A stretch of DNA of 64,000 nt. Source: Botryllus schlosseri. Lineage: Eukaryota. Below are positions 52,609-64,000 of this stretch, one piece after another; positions within the stretch are counted from its first letter, which is position 1, and each line of letters starts with the position of its first letter. The stretch spans positions 26,724,001-26,788,000 of the forward strand of contig CM119372.1 in assembly GCA_051294905.1 (NCBI GenBank). The letters are read 5' to 3'. A program made the position numbers and the translations under genes. The notes below the pieces were generated by a model. The model had not been told where the DNA came from, did not search any database, and was given only the letters and a program-made list of their open reading frames with translations.

Positions 52609-52931
52609 GTGGAGGGTTGGAAGGTGCATATACCTGTACTTGTTGCTACCAATAGTGAGCATATCGGCGGGATTTACTTACGCTTCTGGAAGATAACATA
52701 TTCACACAAATAACAGTAACTGCAAACTTGCGGACGCTGTCTATTAATGCTTTAGGATGCATAATCATTAAACATGTATCAAGTGTCCGTATACGAAAGG
52801 TAAAAACAGTGAATTTAATAGTAGCCTACGATTACATCATAAAAACATTCCGCGACAAGTAACATTTTTTATGTGAAAATGCGGCCCGTTATAGGCCTAC
52901 ATGGGAAGTTGAGAACTCCTGCCTTAGACAT

Positions 52932-53174
52932 TGTGGTGTTATATTTATCCGTTACGTGTCTACCTTCTCTTCATTTCCGCTAGTAATTATTTCGTGCGTT
53001 TGTCTATCTGTTAGTTCATCATTCTGGTGTAGGGCGTTCTGAGAGTAGCATGTGTTTCCTGATTTACTTCTGTTTTAACGTATATATTCTTTGTAGCATA
53101 GTCTACACTTTTAGTGAATAAAAGCCTAGAAAGCCGTATGTCTATTGGTGGGTTTTCCTCGCAAGGTCACAACA
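52932..53174 (+). mobile_element. Solo LTR (243 bp), unrelated to the BEL LTR
   Basis: tgtggtg...cacaaca termini, TATA-like 53081-53087, aataaa 53117-53122 and 5-bp TSD gacat/ggcat. Its removal restores continuity with the paralog near 33260. Confidence 0.75.
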
Positions 53175-54450
53175 GGCATCAAAATCGGGAAACAGATTTT
53201 TGAATGAGCTTCCAGCCTAGCCATTTCTATGTAGCAGGTTATCTTGAAGTTATTCATCAATAGTGTTACGTATATTACAGAAGAAAATGGATCAAAAATT
53301 TCCATTTCTAGCGAATGCTCACTAGTTTGCTCAGATGGACAACTTGTAAACATTTCGAAATTTCGCTGATTGACCTTACTACTCAAATTTTTTATATTTT
53401 GTCACAAACTCCGACAAAACATCTTCAAATGGCAATATATGTTTGTATCAATAGGCTGCTGTCAATATATCAATTAAAATTAGTTTACACAGTAGGATAT
53501 TTCATTTCCGACGGCAATTTTTGTAATGTGAGTCGTGATATTTTAGAAGTTATGAAGCGAATCTGTTTCGTGATTAACCTAATTGAAAAAATACAAATTA
53601 GGCTATCAAACATTTTGCAAAATGTGAAGGTCTCGCGGACCCCCTGAAAATGCTTCGCTGACCCCCGTTTGAGAACCACTGGACTAACGGTTAGCTTCGA
53701 GAATAAGTGGAAAAATAACGTTGACTCGCAGCAGAAAATCGATCTCCAAGATGCACATCAATTCCATTCCAGATGTTGCTGCTACCTCCACGACTATAGA
53801 CTCTGAAAGTGAGTGGACTACGGAACCGACGAGTAGCACAACTGTGCCAACGTCAAATTAAGGTAAACATATACGTCGCGATGCGCAAAAACTGCGCCCA
53901 TTACGCCGTAAAAGCATCAATCAAGCACCGACAGCATAGAACACGCCCTACATGAAATCATGCTATGCCAACATTAACGTCACCATTGGAAAGCAATATT
54001 TGGTCGTTTGTTTCCTTGGAAATAGTACGTAATGACTAATGACCTATTGTGGTATATGTGACGTGTTTCACAATGCAACATGACATTGTATTTGAGTACA
54101 TCAGAGTTAAATAATGGAGGTCTATTACCGCGGGGGATTCAAAAGTGTGGTTGCAGGGGTTCTTAAACTGGATCATGAACGAAACACACGGTATGTAGAT
54201 AGTATGTAATGACTATTGCCTAGGGCTATTTTTTTTTAAATGCCAATATTGCAGCGTTAGGTAAAAAATTGTCACAATTGTTTGAAAAGTCAAAAAATTT
54301 TAGCCGCCCGCATTTCATTTGTATCGTAAATGTTTGCACTGTCGATGAACTTATCATTTGACATTTTACCATAGCCTTTATAAGGGCTATAATTTCCCAG
54401 CTTGTAGCCTACTTTATAGGCCTACCGTTGTATACGGCCCAAGTTTATGT

Positions 54451-54686
54451 ATCAGTTCCATTGCGGTCACTGTCCCCCAAATTTCAACGACTACTTAACC
54501 TCGGAGTCAAAAGCGCACAAGTACGGCACACGGGCGTCAACGAAGAACACCTACAATATCATCAGGACGGAATACAAGAAAACGCATTGCTCTATGAAGT
54601 ATGCCAGACCCCAATAGTGGAACAGTATCTTGCCTTTTATATTCTCTGCTTTACTTTTCATTCAGTGTCCATGCCTCTTCTCTAAT
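54451..54686 (+). mobile_element. 5'-truncated CR1/L2-clade LINE 3' fragment
   Basis: Translates PPNFNDY...HKYGTR...RT...SMKYA.P..WNS, the typical ORF2 C-terminal pattern. Confidence 0.55.
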
Positions 54687-54696
54687 TCGTCTAGGC

Positions 54697-55087
54697 CAGT
54701 GGTTCCCAACGTGGGCGATATCGCCCCCCAGGGGGCGATTTGGCGATCCAGGGGGGCGAAAATGACGGAGGGGGCGACAGGGGGGCGAAAATGGACAAAG
54801 GGGGCGACGGGGGGCGAAAATAGCGAAGGGGGCGATAGGGGGGCGGTGACGCGTAAAAACGGCTGACCTTTTTTTTTTTTTTTTTTTTAGTCATCCACCT
54901 AGCAATGCGGAGCGAAAAAACGTTATTTTCAGCTCTGAGCGGTGAAAGATGACCTTTTTTTTTTTTAGTCAACCCGCCGGTGATTACAGTCTGTATGCCC
55001 AATTATCGGTGCACAAAATTTGGGGGGCGATGATCGGTGTTGACCTTGAAAAGGGGGCGATGGGTCGAAAAAGGTTGGGAACCACTG
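54697..55087. mobile_element. hAT-type MITE with gggggcga repeats
   Basis: TIR cagtggttcccaac and perfect TSD gtctaggc. Confidence 0.93.
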
Positions 55088-56820
55088 GTCTAGGCCAAGG
55101 TGGGTGTCTGGTTTCAAAGACTACTCCAAGTCGTTTCGACACCTTCTTATCTTTTCATTGTATCGCAGTTTTGTGGTGTTTTGAAATGATGAAAATATTA
55201 TTAAACTGATACTGATATTGATACTGATATCTGCTCATTGTGAATCATAAACGGCCAAATGGAACAAATAGGTTAACATGGTGTTATGCTGAACGTAGCA
55301 CAATATCCTAACTGAAGTAAGACTGCGTGGACATTGGTTCTTATATCAAGAAACGCATGATGAAAAATTGTGATGTAGACAATCTTGCCAGAATGAAGCA
55401 ACACGCTGGGTCACCAGCAGCGTACACATAACTTCAGTGTTGCCAGCCAACAACTGCTGCTGTTGAACGTTCTTTCTCCATTCTTGGCAAGCAACTTAGT
55501 AAGGACATATGCATTATACCCGAGAATGTAGGAAAGTATTTTTCGTTGAACTATACAACAAATTTTAATTTTTTCCACCCTAATGCGTGATGTAACTACT
55601 AAAGTTCTTCATAGGTTTAGATTTAGTTAAAATAAAGTTTTTCAATGTAAAAATTAGTCCGTTTTAGATCAAAAAAGTTACTACTTCGTAAGGATAGACA
55701 GTTCCAACCAGAAATGAAGATGTAAGTAGTACAATTCTACCATTATGTGGGAAAACACCTAATTTACATACATGAGTTAAAAATTTGGTCAAAATGAAGT
55801 TTTTTAAAATCAAAAAATGTCAAAATTTTGATTTACAGGTAAAGATCTTCCCTTTTTAGGTAAAAAAAATCGCTTTACTAATGACCTATAGCGGTCTATG
55901 TGACGTGTTTCACAATGTATCGTGACATTGTATTTCAGTACGTTATAGTTAAACAATGGATCTCTAACTGCAGGGGTTTCAAAAGTATGGTTACAGGGGT
56001 TCTTAAACTGGACCATGAAAGGAACAGATGGACGCGCGAATCCTTGTGACATTAACGATGCACTTTTAAATTAGGAATGAGTTCGGCTTGCGCTTAAGGT
56101 TTTAGGTGTCCAACAACAGCAATATCAATATTTGAATTATATTAAAACCGTCATCATCGCCGTGTCGCACCATCCATATACTATACACCGATGCATTATT
56201 ATGACTGACACCGGGTCTCATATCGATCACAATACATCTTAGGGTGCCACGTCTGGTACGCGCAATAAGGACACATGTTTGTAAAATGTCACTGTCATGC
56301 CAAACGTATTGATGTGAATGCGACTCTTACTGAACAACATAGGAAAATGAACGACATTTTTGTTCTACACGCTTCTACAGAAGTTTCAGAACTTCATTAG
56401 CGCAACACACAATTTAATAACGCCGTTCGCCGCTCTCTGTATTTGTCCTTATTACGTCGCTACAACAATATTTTTTCTATACTTGTAGTTTGATCAGCGA
56501 CATTTGCCGAAGTTTGCTTCTGATGAGGTTAATCGAAAAGCTTCGAGTGGAATAAATCTGGAAACATGAAAATGGACATATTGTTTCATGTGATATTGGA
56601 GTTTTTGTTGTTTATATGCCCTTTCTTCAGGGTAATATGTCACCAACGGTTTGACATGTAGTCACGCGGACTGTATCAATTGCAATGTTCTTTGTATACG
56701 GTCCGTAGACACATGATCATTCGGCATACTGGCATGCGACACTTCAGCAGGCGACAATTGGGAATGCAACACTTGAGCATGTTGGAAACATTTGGCGTTA
56801 GGGCGAGGTATGGTTTAGAT

Positions 56821-58092
56821 CAGGGGCGGGCAACTTCTTCAGTCGGCGGGCCGGATAGAGGAAAATTAAATATTTGGCGGGCCGGATTGCTGAATCGATA
56901 CATTATCAATTCATTATAGGGTTTAGTAGGTTTGGTAGGTTCAACTGTGTGGCCTATTTTACCTCGATATTGAATTCATGCGGCCCGCGGCCTCGAAATT
57001 TAAAAGTGACCCGCGATCCGTTTTGAGCTGGCGACCCCTGGCATAAGCGGTGTCTTACGAAAGCCAGTGTGTCGTGCTACAAGTCGACGGTTACGGTATC
57101 AAAAATAGGAAATATCGCCATGGTGTAAATGACCATTGTAGGCGACAAACACCACGATTTCCACAAATGACATTAGGGTTGAGTACATCGTAAATGCCGA
57201 TAATCCTAGTCTTCTTGCTTCGACGAACGTACGCGTAGCCTTCACCCTCGCTCGCTGCGCATACAAGTGTATCAGTGGTGGCCTACAATTGGGGGCCCTG
57301 GGCGAGACTTCCGAGGGGGGCTGTAAGAATGTAACCTCAGCTCCTGGGGGCTCCGCCACCAGACCCCCCTTTCGCATCTATTGTTACCAACGTAGTATTA
57401 ATGCTCCATATGTAACGTGATTACGTGATGTGCATACCACACTATAATATAACACGGCTTTGAAGGAGGCCGGAATGTTGAGTTGCTCTAGCTCCTGCTG
57501 GGCTTTCTTTTATCATACATTGTCAAATTATAAAACAAGTGAACCAGTTAACTATAATTTATAGCTCATGCCTTCGTGTTGAAGTTATGTGGCATTCAGC
57601 GTGAAATAACAGAATAGCGATACAACTGCTGCAGGCTAAATAGGCCCACACTGATCTGGAAAGCTATCGACTGGCATTAGCAATGAGTCAGCACGCCACG
57701 TCAAGGTTTGAGCCAAGCGCTGGATTAGGTCGTATGTATTATTGCGTGGATAAGTACCTTTAAGACTAAGTACCGCATGCAGAGACTTGATGATTATCGG
57801 GATATGAGACTTTCTAACAAATGCAGTGATTTGATGATTGATCAATTAGGTTGGCCCTTCGACCAGGGGAGCCCGGGCGACCGTCCACCTCGCCCACCCA
57901 AAAGCCACCACTGATGTGTATAATAACATACAGTCAAAAAAATTTGATGTATGTAAGCAAGTAGTAGGGAATCTCAGAAGACTGGGGCCGTGGGCCACAT
58001 TATCACGTAAGACGGAAAACTGTCCGCGGTCCGGACAAAATCCATTCGCGGGCCGGATCCGGTCCGCGGGCCGTATGTTGCCCCCCCCCCTG
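56821..58092. mobile_element. Charlie-type hAT MITE with a nested MITE
   Basis: caggggcgggcaac/gttgcccccccccctg ends and perfect TSD gtttagat. Confidence 0.88.
57273..57913. mobile_element. hAT-like MITE, family of 38802-39242
   Basis: TIR cagtggtggc and TSD aagtgtat/atgtgtat. Confidence 0.85.
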
Positions 58093-60680
58093 GTTTAGAT
58101 CATAGGTCACCAACCTTTTTGCACTCGAGGACTACTTCTTGGGTGCTAATTAAAGCGACGGGCTACCATTCACTTCAGGTCTTTACCCGTACCAGACTGA
58201 ATTCCCACTTTGATATTCATAGGACTGGGCTGGAATCACATTGCGTTAAGACTTCTGAGACAGTCTTGTAAAATCAAAACATCTCATTTCAACTAGCAAG
58301 CCACTAACATTTTTAAAGAAATCATGAATAATGAAAAAATTACCATGTTTGTATACAGGGCCGAAACAGTAAAAAAAAAACGCTGGTGTTGGGACCCAAT
58401 AGGATCATAAAACCCCTTGTCGACGTTTTGCTACTACCAACAAGGCACGTTTTACTGTCATATGGGGGCCTGTGAATGACTGTATGTAGTCGGGCTGAGC
58501 GCGAAATCTTTTCATATTCAGGATGGAATTTTGTCTATAATATATTTTTTCAACTTATCTCATACCACGCGATGACATATACTGGCAGAGCTGAAGGAGT
58601 TGGTGACTTCGGATAGTAAGAGCAGGACTATTCCGCCCCTATGGATAATGGACAATTGCCAATTGATGGTTTCGGTCAACATGGGGCGGTCGTTTTCGCC
58701 CAAGGTTTTATTTGGTAACACACTTCGCGAAGTCGCATGTTGGCCTAACTTCAGAAGTCTTGGTATTGGTCTCGGTAATGACCGTCGCTGAAATGCCAAT
58801 TTATTTTTATAAATGATGTGTAATTTTTTCTCAGTGCGTCGCGGGTGCCCATAATAAAAAGTGAACATTAGGGCTGTTAAAAAAAAACTTTTTTCCCGAA
58901 TCTTGCGGGCTCCGTGATTAAATCGTTAGGTTGCCTTGAAAAACGACGCACACCAAATTTGGATTCATTCCAACCAATAATCGCTGATTTTGTAGAGTTT
59001 GAAAATTTTGAGCTTACCCGAAGATGCAAAAAAAATTTTTCCTAATTTTTCCGTCAACCCCATGAAATTGTTGCGCTGTCTTCAAAGACGATGCAAAACA
59101 AATCTGACTCAATTCCAACCCGTAGAAGCTGAGTTCTTTGAGTTTTTCTTTCATAATTCGGAGATTATCCTTGATCGGTGGATAATCCCCGAATTTATGA
59201 AATCTTTCTATTTGTCTAATTCTAAATCTAATCTAATGTCTAGCTTTCTTGGAAGTGCTACAGGAGAACTAGTGCGAAACAAGCCAAGCTTGCTGTGCAG
59301 TGTACATACATTTGCTGTTCTCATGCTCATAAGATGAACTATGATTTGATATTTGATTCATATTTTTCGATTTCAGTAATTCTACTTCTAATCTAATTTG
59401 AAAAAAAAACTTAGCTGTAATTATAATTTTAATCTAATTTCAAAATAACTGCGCAGCTATAATTTTAATTCTACTCTAATCCGAAAAAAAATCGTAGTTG
59501 TAATTTGAGTCCAATCTAATTTGGAAAAGTTGAAAGTTTTCTCGTTGTCCAAGTCTGCCTGTTACATGGGGTTTTCATGACAACTGTCAATAAATTTCCA
59601 TCTTGTCGATGCTTAATTTCCCACACATACAGTAATCGTGTGTGAATATGTTTCCTATAGCATTAAGTTCACCCTTTCCGGCCACAGTCTGAACAGCAAT
59701 CCCTTAACAAGTGAAACATCTTATTTTTTGTAAGTACTTAGTGAAAATATATATACTTCATAAAGGCTTTTATTATTGTGGTGGTCTTTCGTTTAGTTAT
59801 CAATATTCAATTTACATATGTTAGCATATGTGCCTGTTAATTGGGTTATGAATATGTATTTTGATTGCAGGATGATGCCGCAAGTTGCTGCTGAAGATAG
59901 TGACTCAACCATCGTCGTAAAGAGCGTTTTGCGAAAACCTGGATCAGACGCTTTCCCAGTATACATGGGCAACGTTCTTCGAGCAGTATTTTCAGTGGAT
60001 TTCTTTTCTCCGTCGCTGGGAACTCTGTTTTTGTTATTTCTCGAAATATGTTTCCATTTGATGTCAATATGGTTCAATTTATATCGAATATATGCAATCA
60101 AGACTGTTTATTTGCAATAGTAGGCCATTTGAAAGAAGATACAGGATTCCAAGTAGGATGTTAATATGGAAATTACACTCCTATCATTTTTAATTGAGGG
60201 GGTGAAATAATCGATGTACACCCCAAAGAATGGGGTGACTTCTGGCCGTATGCACCCGCAGGGTGACATAACTTCTGATTTCGTGTACCACCTTTTGGGA
60301 TTTGTATACACACTCTTTTTGCTAAGACTGTATGGTGTTAGTCCACGCAGCACCATTAAAAACCAGGTATTATGTTTTGAATTTCAAGCAACTTCTCGCG
60401 GGCCGCATTTGGCCCGCAAGCCGCACTTTGCCCAGGTGTGCTCTTGACGAATTTTACGACGTTACGTAGATGCGCCACTAGTTATAATGCATTTTCATCC
60501 TGGAACCCCAACATATCAGGGATTACACCAGTGGTTATCAAACTTTTTAGACACGCCCACCTTGATAATAGTGGAAGTTTTCGGCTCCCTTCCCCCCTTC
60601 TCCTTATCGTGATATCAAAATATATTAAAAAGTGCAACTAGAATATTTGCAATCATAAAGCATAGTTTGATGCTAAAGAA

Positions 60681-62881
60681 CAGTGGTTCTCAACCTTTTT
60701 TACCCGCGGACTATTTTCAAGCTCGCCTATATATCCGCGGACTCAAGCTTTATATTAACGAAAAGTAGGTTTTTTGATATCTATCCAAGAGAGTGTAATA
60801 CGGTATCGACAAAACAGGCAAGCACTGTTATTCACTCAACCCACACTTAATGAGAGCCTTGTCCTTGATCTTGCTTGACAAATTTATCGAATTCCGCAAT
60901 TATGGTTGTCAATGTAGGAATACATCTGATGTCACCTTACGGTTGAAGTCTATTGCTATAGCCTACTATTCTTTTGTTCACCGTCAGAGTTGAAACGCCA
61001 GATTCACACAGGTAGGCAATGTGGCCGGAAATAGCAAAAGAGCTGTTGCAGCTTGCTAGCAAAGATCTGAAAGACTATGCTCCATCGACTGCACATTTGG
61101 CCAAAATTGAGTCAAGGAAGCTTTTGTAAACATGTATTTCCACATCTATCGGCTTGCAATTCAAGCAACTGTTCAGTAATGCAGTCAATATCTCTAGTTG
61201 TACTTAAAATAGACAATAATAGATTGTTTCTGCGATTAGCACATGTCCTTGCACATATTGCTGTAAACTTTTTATCATGTCTCTGCTCGTGTAATCGGAT
61301 TTACCGGTAAAGCTGAGTGAGGCGTTTCGGAAAATGATATAACTCATGCGTATTTTTTCTTGTGGGAAGGGTACCCAATAATCAAGAAAGTCGACACCAT
61401 TAAATCGCGCGCGGCGCGAATTTTTTTTAAGTTGCATAAATTTCCAAAAAAAACAACTCTACAATTTATGTTAATTCACGAAATAGTTTTGGCCCCCCTT
61501 CGAGCTCGCCCCTCCCCCAATTATGGGGGTTTGGGGCGCGGCAGTTACGGTCCTGCATACGTGTGTATGAAGAGCTGTCCTGGGGATTTACACCTGGCAT
61601 ATTCGGTATGTGAATTGTGAATAGTGAATACTCAGCATTAAATTCCGAGTCCATTCGTACCAAATTCGTGTCAATCCGACCAAAATTGTAGAGTTTATGA
61701 CCATGATAGAATTGCTTATGACAATTTTAATAATAGGCTATACCTCGGACATAAATGTAGGGCATTTTGAAAAATTCCAGTTAGCGATAATGGGGGTTTT
61801 TACCTGGCATGTTTGGTATCAAACCAGGAAGATGCTACAGATGTGCAAAGCATACCCGTTTTACCTGTGATACTTGCAACCAACTGGTTTGCCTAAGACA
61901 CAGAAAATCTCAGAAGAACGAATATTGCTTGCAATGCTGATCAATTTGTTGTAGTGCTGTTTCGTTGTTTTTGCGTTTGAAATATACGTGGCGAAACATC
62001 GCTTATTGAGGTATCTCTAATATTGCTTTCAAAACTATAGTCACTGCAGTGTAATTTATTGACTTGAAGGCATTTTGTATTCCCCTTATCAACAAGAGTT
62101 AACGGCACAATAAGAAGCATATAGAAAAAGATACACATGAAATCCAAATTGGCAAAATTTGACGTAACAATGCAATAATAAAAAGGAATGGTAGCTGGCC
62201 AAAGTCAGCTGTACCGGTACTCCGGTAGTCATAATAAAGGGGTAAGAGAGAATCAAATTATACAATACACAGAAGACGTTACACAGACAATTAGCGGTAT
62301 ATATTATTGGAATATCTAAAGATTGTATACAAACTCTTTCTCCTTCTTATGGTGCCGTTAATTCTTGACAACGGAAACCCGAAAAGCCACTGAGGTAATA
62401 AATTCTACTGCAATGAAAGTAGTTCTGAAAGCACTATTCAAGTTGAGTACCGCCAGTCACATATTTGAGGTATCTAAGCATTTTTATGACAGCTATTAAG
62501 GCTACTAACATTTCAAAATAGGTATTTTGCGAATCACGCAGCCTAATTCTAAAATCGGAATTTGACGAAACTGGACCAGGACGGGGCCCATGCACTTTCG
62601 GACCAAAAAGCTATTTTCTCCGTAAGGCTGCAATGACTTTGGTCCGAAAGTGAACGAGCCCCGTAGGTCTGTCAATTACATGTTCCGAAATCATATCGGA
62701 AGTGGAAGAAAAAATTGAAAATTTTGACATTTCCGTGGATTTTCGACTTCTCAATCTAAAACTATAAGTCCGTAGACCAGGTTGACAATCTGTCAACGTG
62801 TGTGCCGAATAAGTTACTTAAAATTCCTGTGCTCGCGGACTCACCCAGGACCTTCCGCGAACTCGGGGTTGAGAAACACCG
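60681..62881. mobile_element. Degraded hAT-type element, probably with nested fragments
   Basis: cagtggttctcaacc/ggttgagaaacaccg ends and TSD ctaaagaa/ccatagaa (6/8). Confidence 0.55.
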
Positions 62882-63234
62882 CCATAGAAGGTTATAACTG
62901 CCAAGAGACTTCTCAAATATGATATTATGACTCGAAACAGGGCAATAATTATGAGATGTAGTAAAAAATATTCGGTTCAATACCTTGTCAAATATAATCA
63001 CTTGCGATGGTGACAAGTGGCATATTATACATTGTTTCGCGATTTTGGCGTCTCGTACCATCTTTAAACCGACTTGAGCTTTGCTCAAAGGTACCTGAGC
63101 ATACATAAGCTAAATCAATACACAATAGCGCGGGCCGCAGGCCATCCAAACTTGTCACTACTTCAAAAGACAAACATTTTTTCTCTGCTGATCGAGAGAA
63201 GAATTCAATTCAGCACTTCTGGGTTGCCATATAC

Positions 63235-63700
63235 CAGGGGTTCTCAACCCGCGGCACGCAGACGTTCCCTTTGCGGCCCGCGACATCTTTCATCATGAAC
63301 GCAATTACTACTGGCACAGTGTTGTTACGTATTAATTTAGCTACTTAGCTCTCTTATCGCATCGTCTCTGTTTCGTTTGATTGCTCATTGTTTGATGTGT
63401 TCTGGTTTCTTGATATATGCTCGAGTTAGATTGTTATTGTTTTGAATCGGTATCCGGCTGGACTCTGCGGTTCAAGAGTAGCCTATCTCGCTGCGTAGTA
63501 AACTTTTAAAGAGTGTTTCACTCACCCTAAATGGTTTAAAGTTTAAACAGAAACAAGAACAAGTAACGGGAAATTACACGGCAAAAACTGGGTTTGTAAC
63601 TCTGCGTGGAACAATGAATTTGCTTTCTCCCCAGTCAACAAAAGTTTGTACATTTAATGCCGAACCAGGTGAATAAAGTGCATGAGAGAAGTGACCGCAA
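63235..63700 (+). mobile_element. 5' part of a Charlie-type hAT element, family of 35019-36515
   Basis: Starts cagggg.ttctcaacccgcgg. NWVCNSAWNNEFAF near 63585-63627. Confidence 0.8.
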
Positions 63701-63732
63701 CCGTTTTGACACTACAGCGAGGCGGCACCTTT

Positions 63733-63967
63733 GAGAGAGAGCCTGCACCGTCGAGATGCTTTGACGACGGATTTGCGATACGGACCTATGAGGTCATCTA
63801 GTCTGCGCCCCCGTTTTTTTTTCTCCTCCATGCTATCCGTGATTGCTGAGCGCCTAGCAGGATAGCTGCGGATACCAATTTTCGAGTCTTTGGTATGACC
63901 CGGCCGGAGATCGAACCCACGACTTACCGCTCGAGAAGCCGGACGCGTAACCATTACACTATCTCGC
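63733..63967 (-). mobile_element. tRNA-derived Meta/MESC-like SINE, second copy
   Basis: Near-identical to 12718-12940, with a short (GA)n tail. Confidence 0.85.
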
Positions 63968-64000
63968 TTGATGTACAAAAACTGATCGCTCTCGAATCCA

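Larger units (their letters stand above)
45523..52921 (+). mobile_element. Charlie-type hAT remnant, same family as 35019-36515, split by three insertions
   Basis: Left part homologous to the 36515 end and to 63235-63700. INGNSMCFICRRTVVVTKRGSLKRHH at about 46310-46390. 51380-51429 plus 52617-52921 homologous to the 35019 end. Confidence 0.8.
45179..53681. mobile_element. hAT MITE expanded to 8.5 kb by nested insertions
   Basis: TIR cagtggttctcaa at both ends and perfect TSD gactaacg (45171-45178, 53682-53689). Confidence 0.88.
54221..55877 (+). mobile_element. Degraded hAT-like element with C-terminal transposase remnant
   Basis: tagggctattttttt/aaaaaaatcgcttta ends and TSD ctattgcc/ctaatgac (6/8). 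CQPTTAAVERSFSILGKQLSKD...PENVGKY at about 55440-55545. Confidence 0.7.

Noticed and set aside
9200..64000. Short 60-160 aa ORFs as host genes
   Set aside because: They overlap repeats, often start at non-ATG codons and show no recognisable domains except transposase remnants. I could not build a consistent exon chain, though small exons of a large gene cannot be excluded by eye.

Overview
This is an AT-rich, transposon-saturated animal genomic window, probably from a marine invertebrate (inferred from the TE and SINE repertoire). I found no host protein-coding gene I can support. The only long ORFs belong to a complete, very young BEL/Pao LTR retrotransposon (1690-9101). Its 421-bp LTRs differ at 1 nt and end TG...TA, there is no tRNA PBS, and the polyprotein has a frameshift, a YVED motif and an in-frame stop. 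The rest is deeply nested DNA-transposon debris whose insertion order can be read from target-site duplications (TSDs). It includes an 11.5-kb Academ-like unit, many hAT-type MITEs, and Charlie, Blackjack, piggyBac and Chapaev3-like transposase pseudogenes. It also holds a P/Galileo-like element with two convergent THAP-type gene remnants, a long-TIR foldback element, two tRNA-derived SINE families, a solo LTR and a LINE scrap. The most unusual items are the tRNA-PBS-less BEL leader with a six-fold reiterated LTR-junction motif, the THAP start codons duplicated inside the TIRs of the P-like element, a 28S rRNA fragment inside a hAT MITE, and a SINE with an apparent 3' transduction. All calls are by eye and no database search was run.
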